Virus record (IMG/VR): IMGVR_UViG_3300026549_001681
Strand: one strand, 5' to 3'
Origin: an uncultured virus (IMG/VR IMGVR_UViG_3300026549_001681)
Taxonomy: Duplodnaviria > Heunggongvirae > Uroviricota > Caudoviricetes
Length of the DNA stretch: 64,000 nucleotides
The notes beneath the pieces were generated by a model, which saw nothing but the letters and a program-made list of their open reading frames with translations, did no database searches and was not told where the DNA came from. Positions 19,726 through 29,764 of the stretch are shown piece after piece. The stretch's first letter is position 1. Every line of letters begins with the position of its first letter. Made by a program: the position numbers and the translations under genes.

Positions 19726-20883
19726 TCAGTTTTTCTCTCTTGCAGCATCGTCAATGAGCGCCTGAGCCGTTGCCTGTGCCGCCTCTGCCTGAGCCGCACG
19801 CTGTGTTTCCATACACAGATCGCACCAGTCCTTGACCATGTTGGTCTCACCGTGTGTGAACTTGCGTGGAGAAGCAGGAGTCAGGTAAGTGATGCACTTG
19901 TAGTGACCTCGTTCAAGGAGCTTAGTCAGTGATGCAGCAGCCCTCTGTCCTGCCTGGTCATTGTCAAAGGCAAAGACGATCTTCTCAAGGTCAGAACGCT
20001 CGTCGAGGATCCTTTTCAGCTTGAGAGGCACGGACGCATAGCCCTGATCTTCTGTCTCACCAATACCTTCCATGGACATCCAGGAGAAGGAATCCCAGGC
20101 ACGGCCTTTACGCTTCTGCAAGGTAAGAAAAGCCAATCCGTCAATGAACGATTCGAAGCAGATCAGCATATCTGTCGTGCTCCCTGAGATGTAGTACGGT
20201 ACGAAGTGTTTGAAGTCGGAATTAAGGACTTTGCCTCCGATGTAACTCTCTTTGCCTGTCTCCTTGTCAATGGTCGGCTGGAGATACTTGAACATGGCTG
20301 ACCTGGCCACACCGTCCTTGTCCCGTCCTACAAAGATAGCATTGTGATAGTAAACAGTCCTTCCGTCGGCTAAGACCTTGGGCGTGTTCGACTCATACAC
20401 AAGTCCTCGGTCAATGAAGAATTCGAGTATCTCCCGGTCGATTCCACGCCGTCCGCAAAGCCCGGCACGAAGCTCGTTAGTCGTAGGAGACTGAGGCGGG
20501 AGATGGAACTGTCCGTCATCGTTGACACGGTTAAACTGCCTTTGCAGATCTTCGAGTTCACGACGCTCCTGAGACTTCTTGGCAAGCTCTGCCGCACGGT
20601 CCGGATTGTCCATGCCAAGCACGGAACGAAGACGTTCTTCTATGTCTCTCGGAGCAGTGATGCCCTCTATCTCGCGGATATAACCCCAGGCACCCTGACC
20701 TCTTTTACCACCGGCGTGATAGATCCAGACATCCTTCGACTTGGAGTATTTGAACGATGACATCATGTGTCCGTCAGGATGCTGAATGTCACAATACTCG
20801 TCCGCACTGATCTGGCGGTAGTGATAACCGAGAGCATCCAGATAATCCAGGAGCGTTATGTCTTTGTACTTGTTGTCAGCCAT
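19726..20883 (-). CDS. DUF3991/Toprim primase-like protein
   Basis: LLDYL; RRGIDREI; YHNAIFVGRD; CFESFIDGL; FAFDNDQAG; KDW. Confidence 0.8.
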   Translation of the reverse strand: MADNKYKDITLLDYLDALGYHYRQISADEYCDIQHPDGHMMSSFKYSKSKDVWIYHAGGKRGQGAWGYIREIEGITAPRDIEERLRSVLGMDNPDRAAELAKKSQERRELEDLQRQFNRVNDDGQFHLPPQSPTTNELRAGLCGRRGIDREILEFFIDRGLVYESNTPKVLADGRTVYYHNAIFVGRDKDGVARSAMFKYLQPTIDKETGKESYIGGKVLNSDFKHFVPYYISGSTTDMLICFESFIDGLAFLTLQKRKGRAWDSFSWMSMEGIGETEDQGYASVPLKLKRILDERSDLEKIVFAFDNDQAGQRAAASLTKLLERGHYKCITYLTPASPRKFTHGETNMVKDWCDLCMETQRAAQAEAAQATAQALIDDAAREKN

Positions 20884-20903
20884 GATATGACCTCCTTAAT
20901 CGA

Positions 20904-21107
20904 TTACTCCGCAAGGAACCAGTCAAAGAAGGGATTGACCTTTCCGACCTGCTCAGCGAGATCGACTACGGCCTTCATATCAGCGATAGAAAGATTCGAC
21001 GCAAGGAGTTTTCTCGTGTCAAAAGCGAAGTCGTTAAGAGCCTTGGCGGAAGTGATTCCGTTCTTCTTAAGTGCGCGGATAAGTGCAAGTTTCTTTTCAA
21101 AATTCAT
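20904..21107 (-). CDS. small hypothetical protein
   Basis: 67-aa ORF with AAAGGA RBS, first gene after motif promoter 2. Confidence 0.6.
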   Translation of the reverse strand: MNFEKKLALIRALKKNGITSAKALNDFAFDTRKLLASNLSIADMKAVVDLAEQVGKVNPFFDWFLAE

Positions 21108-21233
21108 GATGATTTCCTTTCCCGTTCCTATTGGAACGAATACAAAAAATTAAGTGCCGTTAAGAGTATTCCGGCACCAAAAACAAAACCGCAGAAAGGA
21201 GAAATCCTCCTCTCTGCGGCAGTTGTTTATTCT

Positions 21234-21293
21234 ATTATAACAGCCTTTCCGAATTCCAAATTCCCAACAAAAAAATCACCTTATTCGGGAGTT
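21234..21293 (-). promoter_or_regulatory. Extended -10 promoter with conserved upstream 21-bp motif (copy 2)
   Basis: TGtTATAAT at 21242-21234; motif at 21270-21290. Confidence 0.7.
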
Positions 21294-21316
21294 TCGGTCG
21301 ATTTTCGGAAAATATA

Positions 21317-24073
21317 TCAGTCTCCGAACTGACCGAGGATACGGTCATCAACCTCATCGGGGGGCGTGAGCTCGACGGGTCCTCCGCCGTTCATTTCCGC
21401 CTCGATCTGAACGGCAAGGTTGCGCTCCTCATCGGTTGCATCAGGTATGGCCCAGATGGATTCAGGGTTCGTACGTATTGCCGTTTCACGAAGAGAAGGG
21501 AAGCGGTGAGCAAGGTTCCGGATCAGTGACGGCTGGGCAATGACTGCCTGTTCACACTCGGCAAAAGACGCATCCGGCCAGAAGATTATCGACGCAGGCA
21601 TTGCGGTAACGGCAGCATGACCGACAGCTTCAGGTACCAGCGGAAGGGCAGAGAGCAGGAGCGGTTCTTCCGTTACGGCAACGACGAGAAGTTCCTCTGA
21701 GGGATTGTCCACAGAGAGTACGGCTCTCGGGTTGTGCTCGATGACACGGTGTAAGAGTTCGTCGTCAAGGAGCGACATGGGGATATACGGCAGAGCCTTC
21801 TCGCCACAGGCATTGTAGACTGCTGTTACTATCTCGGTGTCGAGCTCATACGGACACTGCGATGTCAGCTCAGGCTTCTTGCAAAGTACCGTGATCCAGT
21901 CCTGCTTGGTGCACAGATCGCCCCATACGACAGCCTGTTCGGGTACAGCTGCAAGCACCTTGGTCCTGAGCTCCGGGATAGGGTTCTTGATGTACTTCAT
22001 CCTTGCCGCAGCCGTGCGTGTGTTGAGAAGCGCCTCCTGCCATTCTTCAGGCACGGAATCCATCGAGTCGGCAAGTTCAGGTCTCTTAAGGAATAACTTT
22101 TTCCGCTTCTCTGCATCAAGTCTCTGCTCGATCTCCTGCATTGTACCACCCGCAAAAGAGAGCCTTTCTTCGACAGGCATGGTCCACTCTGAGATGAGGA
22201 AAACCGCTGCGGAATCTCTCAGTGCAGCCCACGGTGAAGGCTTGTCTTCGTGGCGTTCTACCTGGGCATTTCCTCTCTTGATGAGCATGAGATCGTCAGC
22301 CTTGAACACGCGGGCATTGTCCCTGTAATCCGTGTATATGTGAGTACCGCCATCCAGTGTCGTAGGCATCATGGCCTTGTTATAGTGTCCGCACGAGAGC
22401 GGTCTACCCCAGGATGTGTAACGGCCTTCGACGTAGTTGGCGCCCATGTGCACGTTCGGATATGGTATCTCCTGAACAAAGGTAGCAATGATGTTTGCGT
22501 AGTCGGCAACGACTGCGTCATTTGCAAACTCGATGTTGTCGAACACGAAAGTTTTTGTCTGTTCATCCGTCCAGACAAACGCCTGCGCCAGGATCTTCCC
22601 GGCACGCTCTACAACGACACAGCCAGCAAAAGGATCGGAGGTGAGCTTGTAAACGCAGGAACCGCCGGCGCCTTGCCAGTGCTGACAGCAGTGTGTGTCA
22701 TAACCGACGGTGAAGTTACGATAGTCGGCTTTATCAAGGAAGTACATCTTGTAAGCACCGTCCTTGATAACGAGACCGTTGCCCTTTATGGCCACGTCAT
22801 TATCAGAGAACCGGTAGTGATAAGCTTGCTCGTAGTTGGCACAATCCTCACGGCCTTTTCTCGTCTTGATATCCTCGATGATCTGTCTTGCAGTCATGTC
22901 CGGATCCCAGTTACCTATCTGAAGAGGTCTGTAATTCAAGAGGAGCTCGTTGAGATCTGCAAGAGACTCGTTCCTGTGTCTGGAGAACCATTCGCCGAAA
23001 CGATAAGAAACAAGTTCTCCGATATCAGCTGCTCTGACATGAGTTGCCAGAAAGTATATCTGCTCCTGTTTGAACTGAGAGAAGTCGCAGTGGGGAAGGA
23101 GAGCATAGAGGACGGGAGAACCCGACTTGGCGATAGGTCTGAGAGAACGCAGTCCGTTATCTCCGAATCCGTTTACTATCTGCTCAGCTGTCGTGACACC
23201 GGTGAGGACCTGTGCACGTACGTACTCCTCGAACATTCCGATCCTCTCAAGCGGGACATTGTGGAATCTGTCGAGGAACCCCTGCCTGGCCCCGGAGATC
23301 AGAGCTGCACCGGCAGATGAACGGAACGAAGTGCCGATAACATTGTCGGGTGTCAGGATGAAATCCGGATGGTCACGCTTGACTGCACAGGCGTTCCTGA
23401 GCATGTCACCGGGGAAGTTTAACGAGTCCGCAATAAAGCTCTGCTCATACTTGTCAAAGGTCCCAAACGTACGCACCTGATCGATGGGCGGTATGACACG
23501 GTAATCCTCGTCGGAGAAGATCCAGCGCAGACGGTTGGCGTCCCTGCCGAGTTTCTGCTTATCTTCGAGAGAGATGTCGGTGTCAGTATTCAGTGTAGGA
23601 TAGACACAGAGCGCATCCGCCACATGCTCTATCAGTTCTTCGCGTACGATATCGACCTCGTTAAACGAACCGAATCCGATATGTCTCTCGTCAGTGTCAG
23701 CCGGTATCACCGTATAACCGTTAAAGAGCGGCTCAAGCCTGAAAGCCTCATTGTTGGCTATGGCTCTCTTCTTAGCTTCCTTCATCGCTTCTGTCTGGGA
23801 TACGATGTCATCATCCTCAACGTAACTGTGCCATCTCCTGACAGTTCCGGCCGTCAGGAGATCTTCTCCGGCTGAAGCGATACTGTCAAACTGCGCCCTG
23901 TTACCACGGTAGTTGTACTGGTGTATCTCGACATCTTCAGGAAGGTCTTCGTGACGAATGAGATACTCGTAAAGCTCTTCAAGCGTGATAGGCGAGTGGA
24001 TCTCGAACACTCTCGTATCAGTGCCCGCCTTGATGAAATTGGTCATTTTTCCTTTATTGTTGAAGATAATCAT
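21317..24073 (-). CDS. Large protein with PcfJ-like domain and C-terminal short helical repeats
   Basis: G.DTHCCQH..GAG.SC...AQAFVW...VFDNIE; repeated A+..P..+ units at C-terminus. Confidence 0.6.
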   Translation of the reverse strand: MIIFNNKGKMTNFIKAGTDTRVFEIHSPITLEELYEYLIRHEDLPEDVEIHQYNYRGNRAQFDSIASAGEDLLTAGTVRRWHSYVEDDDIVSQTEAMKEAKKRAIANNEAFRLEPLFNGYTVIPADTDERHIGFGSFNEVDIVREELIEHVADALCVYPTLNTDTDISLEDKQKLGRDANRLRWIFSDEDYRVIPPIDQVRTFGTFDKYEQSFIADSLNFPGDMLRNACAVKRDHPDFILTPDNVIGTSFRSSAGAALISGARQGFLDRFHNVPLERIGMFEEYVRAQVLTGVTTAEQIVNGFGDNGLRSLRPIAKSGSPVLYALLPHCDFSQFKQEQIYFLATHVRAADIGELVSYRFGEWFSRHRNESLADLNELLLNYRPLQIGNWDPDMTARQIIEDIKTRKGREDCANYEQAYHYRFSDNDVAIKGNGLVIKDGAYKMYFLDKADYRNFTVGYDTHCCQHWQGAGGSCVYKLTSDPFAGCVVVERAGKILAQAFVWTDEQTKTFVFDNIEFANDAVVADYANIIATFVQEIPYPNVHMGANYVEGRYTSWGRPLSCGHYNKAMMPTTLDGGTHIYTDYRDNARVFKADDLMLIKRGNAQVERHEDKPSPWAALRDSAAVFLISEWTMPVEERLSFAGGTMQEIEQRLDAEKRKKLFLKRPELADSMDSVPEEWQEALLNTRTAAARMKYIKNPIPELRTKVLAAVPEQAVVWGDLCTKQDWITVLCKKPELTSQCPYELDTEIVTAVYNACGEKALPYIPMSLLDDELLHRVIEHNPRAVLSVDNPSEELLVVAVTEEPLLLSALPLVPEAVGHAAVTAMPASIIFWPDASFAECEQAVIAQPSLIRNLAHRFPSLRETAIRTNPESIWAIPDATDEERNLAVQIEAEMNGGGPVELTPPDEVDDRILGQFGD

Positions 24074-27003
24074 GTGGTCATACCTCCGTTCAAGTTAGGA
24101 TCAACAGGTGTTGGTGAAGGCGGAGTCTCACCAAGGAGATCTGCCAGTGTAATGTTCATGGCTTCGAGTTCTCTTTCGGTTACGAGACCGTCAGGAGTAT
24201 TGATGCCGTGATCGTTCTGTATTGCTCTCTCTTCGGCAGGGGCAGGAGTGACACGGCGTTCCGCCTCGCGTCTCATGCGACCTCTCTGCTGGGGAAGAGT
24301 AATATCGGGATTGGCGTTTCTATTTGCCTCTGCCTCATTACGCATCTCCTCACGGATCCTGTTGGCTGTACGGACGGAGAAATCGTAAGGCCTGCCGAGA
24401 AGTTCATAGGCCTGCTCGACATACTGGTTCCTGAAACAGAAATTATCTCCGTAAGACCTCTTGAACGTTGCAGACGGTTCCAGTTCGAACGTACCGGACA
24501 TGACGAGCTTGGTCTTTGCTCTCGTAGCGCCTACGAACCAGAGACGGTAGTTCTCGTCAAACTCACCATTGTTCCTGTACTTGTTCTCGTGGATGTGATA
24601 GTCATTAGTATCGAAGTGCGAAAGGGTGAGGTAAGTAGTATCCCACTCAAGGCCCTTGGATGAATGTACGGTCGTTATGCAGACACCCTCATACTTGCCT
24701 TCACGTCTGAATGAATCCTTATTTCCGTACAGATCGAATGTCCTGAAGAAATCGGAAAGCTCCTCGTAGGAACGGCAGCGGTCCAAGCGTGAGAGGAAAT
24801 CACGGTAGCAGGCATCGAACTGTCCTTCAGTGTCGATGTTGTCCAAAGCCCGTGCATACTCCATGAAAGACGAAAGGCCTTTATCTTCCGGGAAGGAGAA
24901 GTGGTCAATGGCATCACGGACAGCGTACGGATCTGCGTCCTTGAGTGAACCGTGGTTCATTGCATTGACATAAGCTGCAATGCCGAGATCACCGTTGCCC
25001 TGCCAAGACTTCCAGAATTCGCAGATCGCTGCAACTCGTGCATCCTTGATGTAAGGGACAGGGTTACAGATCGTAGCCGGTATTCCGCGTCTGGAAAGCT
25101 CTGCCGCAATAGGCTCTATGTCATTCTTATTCCTGGTAAGGACTGCTATCTCAGACGGATTCTTCCCGGAAGCGAGGTCCTCTTCGATAGAATCGCAGAT
25201 GAACTTAACTTCCTGCGCCTGTGTGTAGCAGCCCTTGATGACCGGCTGTAAAGATGACTGCTTCGGAGTAACCAGAGGAGCTTCCGCTGCACGCGAGATC
25301 CTAAGTCCGTTGATACGGTTCGCCAAAGATACGATAGGCTGTGGACATCTTCTGCAAGTAAGAAGGTTCAGGTCAGTGAACTCGTGGTTCTCACCCGTGC
25401 CGAAATAAGTGCCGAAGTTAATCATAAACTCCGGTGTAGTAAATCGGAAACCGAAGATGGACTGGGAATCATCTCCTACTGCCATGAACGACTTGAAATG
25501 CGTATTTCTGTCTATCATCTGTTTCAGGAGATCGATCTGCTTTGCATCAGTATCCTGGAACTCATCAACGATGATGTGCTCGTAGCCGAGATCGGAGTAG
25601 AAGTCAGGGACCAGCTCGCCTATTTTTTTCATCAAGACTATCTGATCGTCATACTCTACGAGGCAAAGACGCTTCAGGATAGACTGGAACTTGTCGAACA
25701 TGGCTTTGATCTGACCTTCTGCTCCGATAGGGACATTGACAGGTTCCTGACCAGCCTTGAGCAGTTCGAAAGCCTTTATCAGCTCTGTAACAGCCTGACT
25801 CTTCGGCGCGAACTTCTTGGATTTGAACGTATCCGCGTATGAATCGTAGTGCCAGCCCTTGATCTTCGGGAATTCGGCAAGGAGCCTGTTACAGATCTCG
25901 TACTTTTTGGAATCTTCCAGGAGTTTGGGCTGATCCATAAATCCGAGAGTATCATAGTAAGACTCTATCTTGTTCATACAAAACGAGTTAAATGTGCCCG
26001 TTGTCATGTCTCCGGGAGAGAAGGGAATGTCCTGCTCGGCACAGTATTGTGATACACGGGCAACCATCTCCTCGGCACCGGCTCTGGTGAAAGTAAGGAG
26101 TGCTATCTTGTGAGCAGGAACGCCCGACCTAAGAAGTTCCAATACGCGGAAAGCAACTACCAGCGTCTTTCCGGCACCCGGTCCTGCATTTACACGGGCG
26201 ATCCCTTCACGGAAATCGACTACCGCCTGTTGCTCGTCAGAGAGTGTGATCTCTCCGGCAGAGCGTACCTGTCGCATGACATCTTCGGCCATAGCCGGCT
26301 CTTCGTAATTGCAGATAAGGGACATGGAACAGAAAGCGCAGTCCTCTCCGGAACAACGCTGCAATGTCTGCTCCGGGCCTTCAGCCTCGCGCAGTGCGAG
26401 CATCTTGGGCTCTATATCCTGGAATTTATGCTCTGATATTTCTGCCGAGCCTGCACCGTTCCTGTTAAGGATATAGGCGTAGTCAACATAGCCGAGAGAA
26501 TGTGAATTGTCGGCAATGCCCTGTGCGTATTTTGCTATGGCATACGCTTCCGGTATGGCATTGCTGTCCAGACTGCCCTTGAACTTTCCTGTCTTGACCT
26601 TAAGTGCATGGACTTCGCCTGTTGCAGGGTTAGTAAGGAGAAAGTCGCAAATGGCCTTGATCTCATCTCCGAAATAGTTTACTGTCGTATCCTCATCCTT
26701 GGATATCTTTTCGAGGTTAAATCCGTTAGACGTAAGAGTACGAAGCTGCCTTCTCAGATCTTTGATCCCCGCTTCATACTTGTCCAGGTTCTCGACCATC
26801 TGGTCATAAGATTCGAATTTATAATCCGCTGCCGCAAATCGTGAAATGAGTTCTCCTCTGACATCGATATCCTCGCGGTTCATTATGGCGTCGATGGCAA
26901 CTCGGCGGATAACTCTTGCTCTCACCATGCGAAGAGACGACTCGGTTACTTCGGCATGATTGGGACAAGACACATTCTTATAAAGGTCTGATGATGTCTT
27001 CAT
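24070..27003 (-). CDS. UvrD/PcrA-like SF1 helicase with N-terminal extension
   Basis: AGPGAGKT, LTFT..GA.EM, VDEFQD, VGDDSQSIFGFR, TVHSSKGLEW, FVGATRAK. Confidence 0.92.
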   Translation of the reverse strand: MKTSSDLYKNVSCPNHAEVTESSLRMVRARVIRRVAIDAIMNREDIDVRGELISRFAAADYKFESYDQMVENLDKYEAGIKDLRRQLRTLTSNGFNLEKISKDEDTTVNYFGDEIKAICDFLLTNPATGEVHALKVKTGKFKGSLDSNAIPEAYAIAKYAQGIADNSHSLGYVDYAYILNRNGAGSAEISEHKFQDIEPKMLALREAEGPEQTLQRCSGEDCAFCSMSLICNYEEPAMAEDVMRQVRSAGEITLSDEQQAVVDFREGIARVNAGPGAGKTLVVAFRVLELLRSGVPAHKIALLTFTRAGAEEMVARVSQYCAEQDIPFSPGDMTTGTFNSFCMNKIESYYDTLGFMDQPKLLEDSKKYEICNRLLAEFPKIKGWHYDSYADTFKSKKFAPKSQAVTELIKAFELLKAGQEPVNVPIGAEGQIKAMFDKFQSILKRLCLVEYDDQIVLMKKIGELVPDFYSDLGYEHIIVDEFQDTDAKQIDLLKQMIDRNTHFKSFMAVGDDSQSIFGFRFTTPEFMINFGTYFGTGENHEFTDLNLLTCRRCPQPIVSLANRINGLRISRAAEAPLVTPKQSSLQPVIKGCYTQAQEVKFICDSIEEDLASGKNPSEIAVLTRNKNDIEPIAAELSRRGIPATICNPVPYIKDARVAAICEFWKSWQGNGDLGIAAYVNAMNHGSLKDADPYAVRDAIDHFSFPEDKGLSSFMEYARALDNIDTEGQFDACYRDFLSRLDRCRSYEELSDFFRTFDLYGNKDSFRREGKYEGVCITTVHSSKGLEWDTTYLTLSHFDTNDYHIHENKYRNNGEFDENYRLWFVGATRAKTKLVMSGTFELEPSATFKRSYGDNFCFRNQYVEQAYELLGRPYDFSVRTANRIREEMRNEAEANRNANPDITLPQQRGRMRREAERRVTPAPAEERAIQNDHGINTPDGLVTERELEAMNITLADLLGETPPSPTPVDPNLNGGMTT

Positions 27004-27080
27004 TAAGTGATACCTCCTTGCAATAAAAAACCGTGAGGAACAAACCCACGGTTAAGATGAATATATTTTCTGTTTATTTA

Positions 27081-27251
27081 TTACTTGTTAAAATCTTCTC
27101 TGACAACACGTTCCAGGAGCGAAAGGATCCAGGAAGGAGCCTCTCTGTCACCCTGTTCCCAGTGCTGTAAAGTACGGAGCGGAATTCCGTACTGTTTCGA
27201 AAACTTGTTTTGGGATAGCCCCGAAATTTCTCTGATCTGTTTCATATCCAT
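27081..27251 (-). CDS. 56-aa XRE HTH protein, putative HipB-like regulator (not in ORF track)
   Basis: MDMKQIREISGLSQNKFSKQYGIPLRTLQHWEQGDREAP...; GAGG RBS. Confidence 0.8.
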   Translation of the reverse strand: MDMKQIREISGLSQNKFSKQYGIPLRTLQHWEQGDREAPSWILSLLERVVREDFNK

Positions 27252-27261
27252 ACCGAGAACC

Positions 27262-28200
27262 TCACCGATATAAATAAAACTCGTTTATAGGTTGCTGCGA
27301 AAGCCGATCAACGAAAAGGTCCTGATGCAAACCTCTTGCTCTTAGCCATACGCGTTTCATTTTATTGGCAGTAGCCTCATCATACATTTCAGCCACGCGA
27401 ACAAAGTGCGGATCCAGGTTAAGACTTTTCAGGACTTGGAGCCTTGGTCCGTAGAGCTCATGACAGATGTCAACGGTTTTCTCAAAACTCGAACCGAAAA
27501 GACCTGTTGGTTTAAGTTTAGAAAACAAGACAGCGTCCAGATCTTTCATTGTGTTGAAGTCATAGTGCGTAGTGGCCGAAAAACTGGCGCCGTTGTCGAA
27601 GATGGGACAGTAACCATAGCGATACTCTTCTGGTAAAAATACAACACAGATATTTCGGAGGTGTCTGTCAATATTCCTGGTCAGAGCATCCAGCTCAAAC
27701 AGCTGAGTAAGATATCCGCCAAAATCAGTAAGCCCAGTTTCTTCTTCGATCACATTGACAAAATTCTGCACGAGTTGCTTATTACTCATACCCTTAGTCA
27801 TTCGATTATACATACCCCACCAGCCAACAGGGTTTCGTCCGGTATCAAACTCGGTATAGTGATCGCGAAGAATATCGTAAGCCGTCTTCAACTGCGGTAA
27901 CATTGCCTTTTCAGACTTAGACAAACCCTCGACAGCCTTTCCGTTTGTCAGAAAGTCCTTGGACCTGCATAAATGAATAACTTCTTCGTTTCTCTTGGCT
28001 GAAATCATTTCATACTCCGCGAAAGAAGAAGCATTGGATGCACGCAGAATCTGTGTTACAAGATATTCCGCAGCACCTTCCGGTCGGTCTGGAAAGTCCT
28101 CTTTATACCAGATACCGTTATCACACCACTTTCGCATATTCCCGTAGATCCAGTCTGCGGGATTTCCATGCCATACGGCGATATTAAATTCTTCTAACAT
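27262..28200 (-). CDS. HipA-like kinase toxin
   Basis: GNMRKW..WYKED; N.DRHLRN; PIFDNGASF. Confidence 0.85.
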   Translation of the reverse strand: MLEEFNIAVWHGNPADWIYGNMRKWCDNGIWYKEDFPDRPEGAAEYLVTQILRASNASSFAEYEMISAKRNEEVIHLCRSKDFLTNGKAVEGLSKSEKAMLPQLKTAYDILRDHYTEFDTGRNPVGWWGMYNRMTKGMSNKQLVQNFVNVIEEETGLTDFGGYLTQLFELDALTRNIDRHLRNICVVFLPEEYRYGYCPIFDNGASFSATTHYDFNTMKDLDAVLFSKLKPTGLFGSSFEKTVDICHELYGPRLQVLKSLNLDPHFVRVAEMYDEATANKMKRVWLRARGLHQDLFVDRLSQQPINEFYLYR

Positions 28201-28203
28201 GGC

Positions 28204-28524
28204 TTAACCCTCCACGGGAACAATCTCGAAAGCATCATGAACTAAGGCGCCGTGTGTCTTTTCGATGATCTTGTAAGGGTCATACTCAGTAATCCCGATC
28301 TTGGCCAATTTTTCCATAGCACCTACTTGCGTAGAAGGGATACACCTGCCTGCAATCATATCTTCCCAGCTGTTGAAGGTGATATTAGTCTTTCCTGAAA
28401 AAGCACAGATGGGTTTAACATCGGAGTGATGCACGACCGAGACTTTCTTGGTCGTAAAATTTACTGTAATGGTCGATGTGTGCTGTGTGCCAAAATACCA
28501 ATTATATGTCTTGATCTTATCCAT
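28204..28524 (-). CDS. HipA N-terminal-like small protein (HipS-like)
   Basis: RCIP...LAKIGI.EYDP..II.KTHG....D; directly upstream of the kinase. Confidence 0.65.
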   Translation of the reverse strand: MDKIKTYNWYFGTQHTSTITVNFTTKKVSVVHHSDVKPICAFSGKTNITFNSWEDMIAGRCIPSTQVGAMEKLAKIGITEYDPYKIIEKTHGALVHDAFEIVPVEG

Positions 28525-28555
28525 TAGTCTCAGCTCCTCAAATCTTTATATTCAT

Positions 28556-28584
28556 ATTATAGCCCATTGGGCGATAATTTGCAA
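28556..28584 (-). promoter_or_regulatory. sigma-A promoter with palindromic operator for the hip-like operon
   Basis: TTGCAA-17-TATAAT; near-perfect palindrome ATTATCGCCCAATGGGCTATAAT. Confidence 0.7.
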
Positions 28585-28610
28585 GAACATTATCACATAT
28601 AGTCAATGTC

Positions 28611-29405
28611 TTACTGCATAAACTCCATCATGTTCAAGGAGCTGCCGCGAGGACTCGGTCTGTCTCTTACTTCGTTCACAACAGGCTGAACGAAAGTGTA
28701 ATCCGAGAGCTTGTATCCGGGATACGTAATGAGTAAGGAACCGTCTTTGTTATAAGTCACGGAGAATTTCGATACACAGAGCTTAAAGGCGATGAGGAGA
28801 TTGATAAGACAATTCTCATCCTTGACTTCAAAGCCTGACGCAGCTTCATCGATCGTGATGTCTTCTGCCTTGGCAAAATCCCTGATGACACCCTGGTCAC
28901 AGGTCTCCATCGAACCGGCAGGAGGATTGCACCCGGCCATAAAGACATTTCTGATTATCGTTTCCGTATAATCATTATCGTCATAATGGAAATTGTTGCG
29001 AATGTAGTTTTCCACCGTAGTCTGATTCAGCTCTGCTGCCGCACGGATCAAGGCGTAAGGGCAGGGCGGAGGTGTTTCCACAGGCTCCAGCTGACCATCT
29101 ACCAAAGCCCGAAGCGACTGCCTGAATTCGTCCCCTGGATGTTTTACACAGATACCTTCTGCCTCGGGCACTATCCCATTGTTGAGTTTGGAAGGTCCGA
29201 TATACATGGCAAAAGTCTTTTTGGTAAACACCACGGGTACTGAAGTGAGCCACAGCGAAGAAATACCGAGAGCGCCGGCTGCCTGTTCCGCCTTGGAAGC
29301 AGGAGACGCCATATATAACAGTGTTTCATTCTCCCAGTCATCTTCAGGCGTCGTTATCTCGATGCCGAGTTTGGATCTGAAATAGTAATAATAATAAGCG
29401 TTCAT
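28611..29405 (-). CDS. hypothetical protein (paralogue of 18802-19704)
   Basis: YYFRSKLG; ALGISSLWLTSVPVVFTK; FEVKDENCLINLL. Confidence 0.7.
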   Translation of the reverse strand: MNAYYYYYFRSKLGIEITTPEDDWENETLLYMASPASKAEQAAGALGISSLWLTSVPVVFTKKTFAMYIGPSKLNNGIVPEAEGICVKHPGDEFRQSLRALVDGQLEPVETPPPCPYALIRAAAELNQTTVENYIRNNFHYDDNDYTETIIRNVFMAGCNPPAGSMETCDQGVIRDFAKAEDITIDEAASGFEVKDENCLINLLIAFKLCVSKFSVTYNKDGSLLITYPGYKLSDYTFVQPVVNEVRDRPSPRGSSLNMMEFMQ

Positions 29406-29764
29406 ATAGAAGTCCCTCGCCCGAGCAAAGTCTGGAAAGCACTGTAAGTAACATGATACGCCAGATTTTTGAGATTGTCTCCGCTCTCGGATGATAATGC
29501 GACAAGCCCCGGAGCGGAAAGTTTAAGTATCGCTTCAGGCGGTCTCTGATCCTTTTCTTCCAGAGCCAGACGAAGTCCAGGCGCCTGCTGCTCGGTCCAG
29601 ATGTGATCGGGAGAATCGTCGTCTTTTTCGAGCTCGGATAAGACCATCTCACCGACACAGACCGCGAAATCTTTCTCGGTAATGGAATTATGTGAGAGCT
29701 TGACGGATGTTTTCATTCCGTCTATCAGCATTTCGGAAAGTTCAGCGAATGTTTGAAAATTCAT
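29402..29764 (-). CDS. hypothetical protein
   Basis: Coupled ORF with GGAGG RBS. Confidence 0.65.
   Translation of the reverse strand: MNFQTFAELSEMLIDGMKTSVKLSHNSITEKDFAVCVGEMVLSELEKDDDSPDHIWTEQQAPGLRLALEEKDQRPPEAILKLSAPGLVALSSESGDNLKNLAYHVTYSAFQTLLGRGTSI

Noticed and set aside
22250..23320. 356-aa plus-strand ORF and similar antisense ORFs (e.g. 31155-31937, 37035-37688, 54201-54905)
   Set aside because: Shadow frames opposite well-supported genes, with no recognisable motifs
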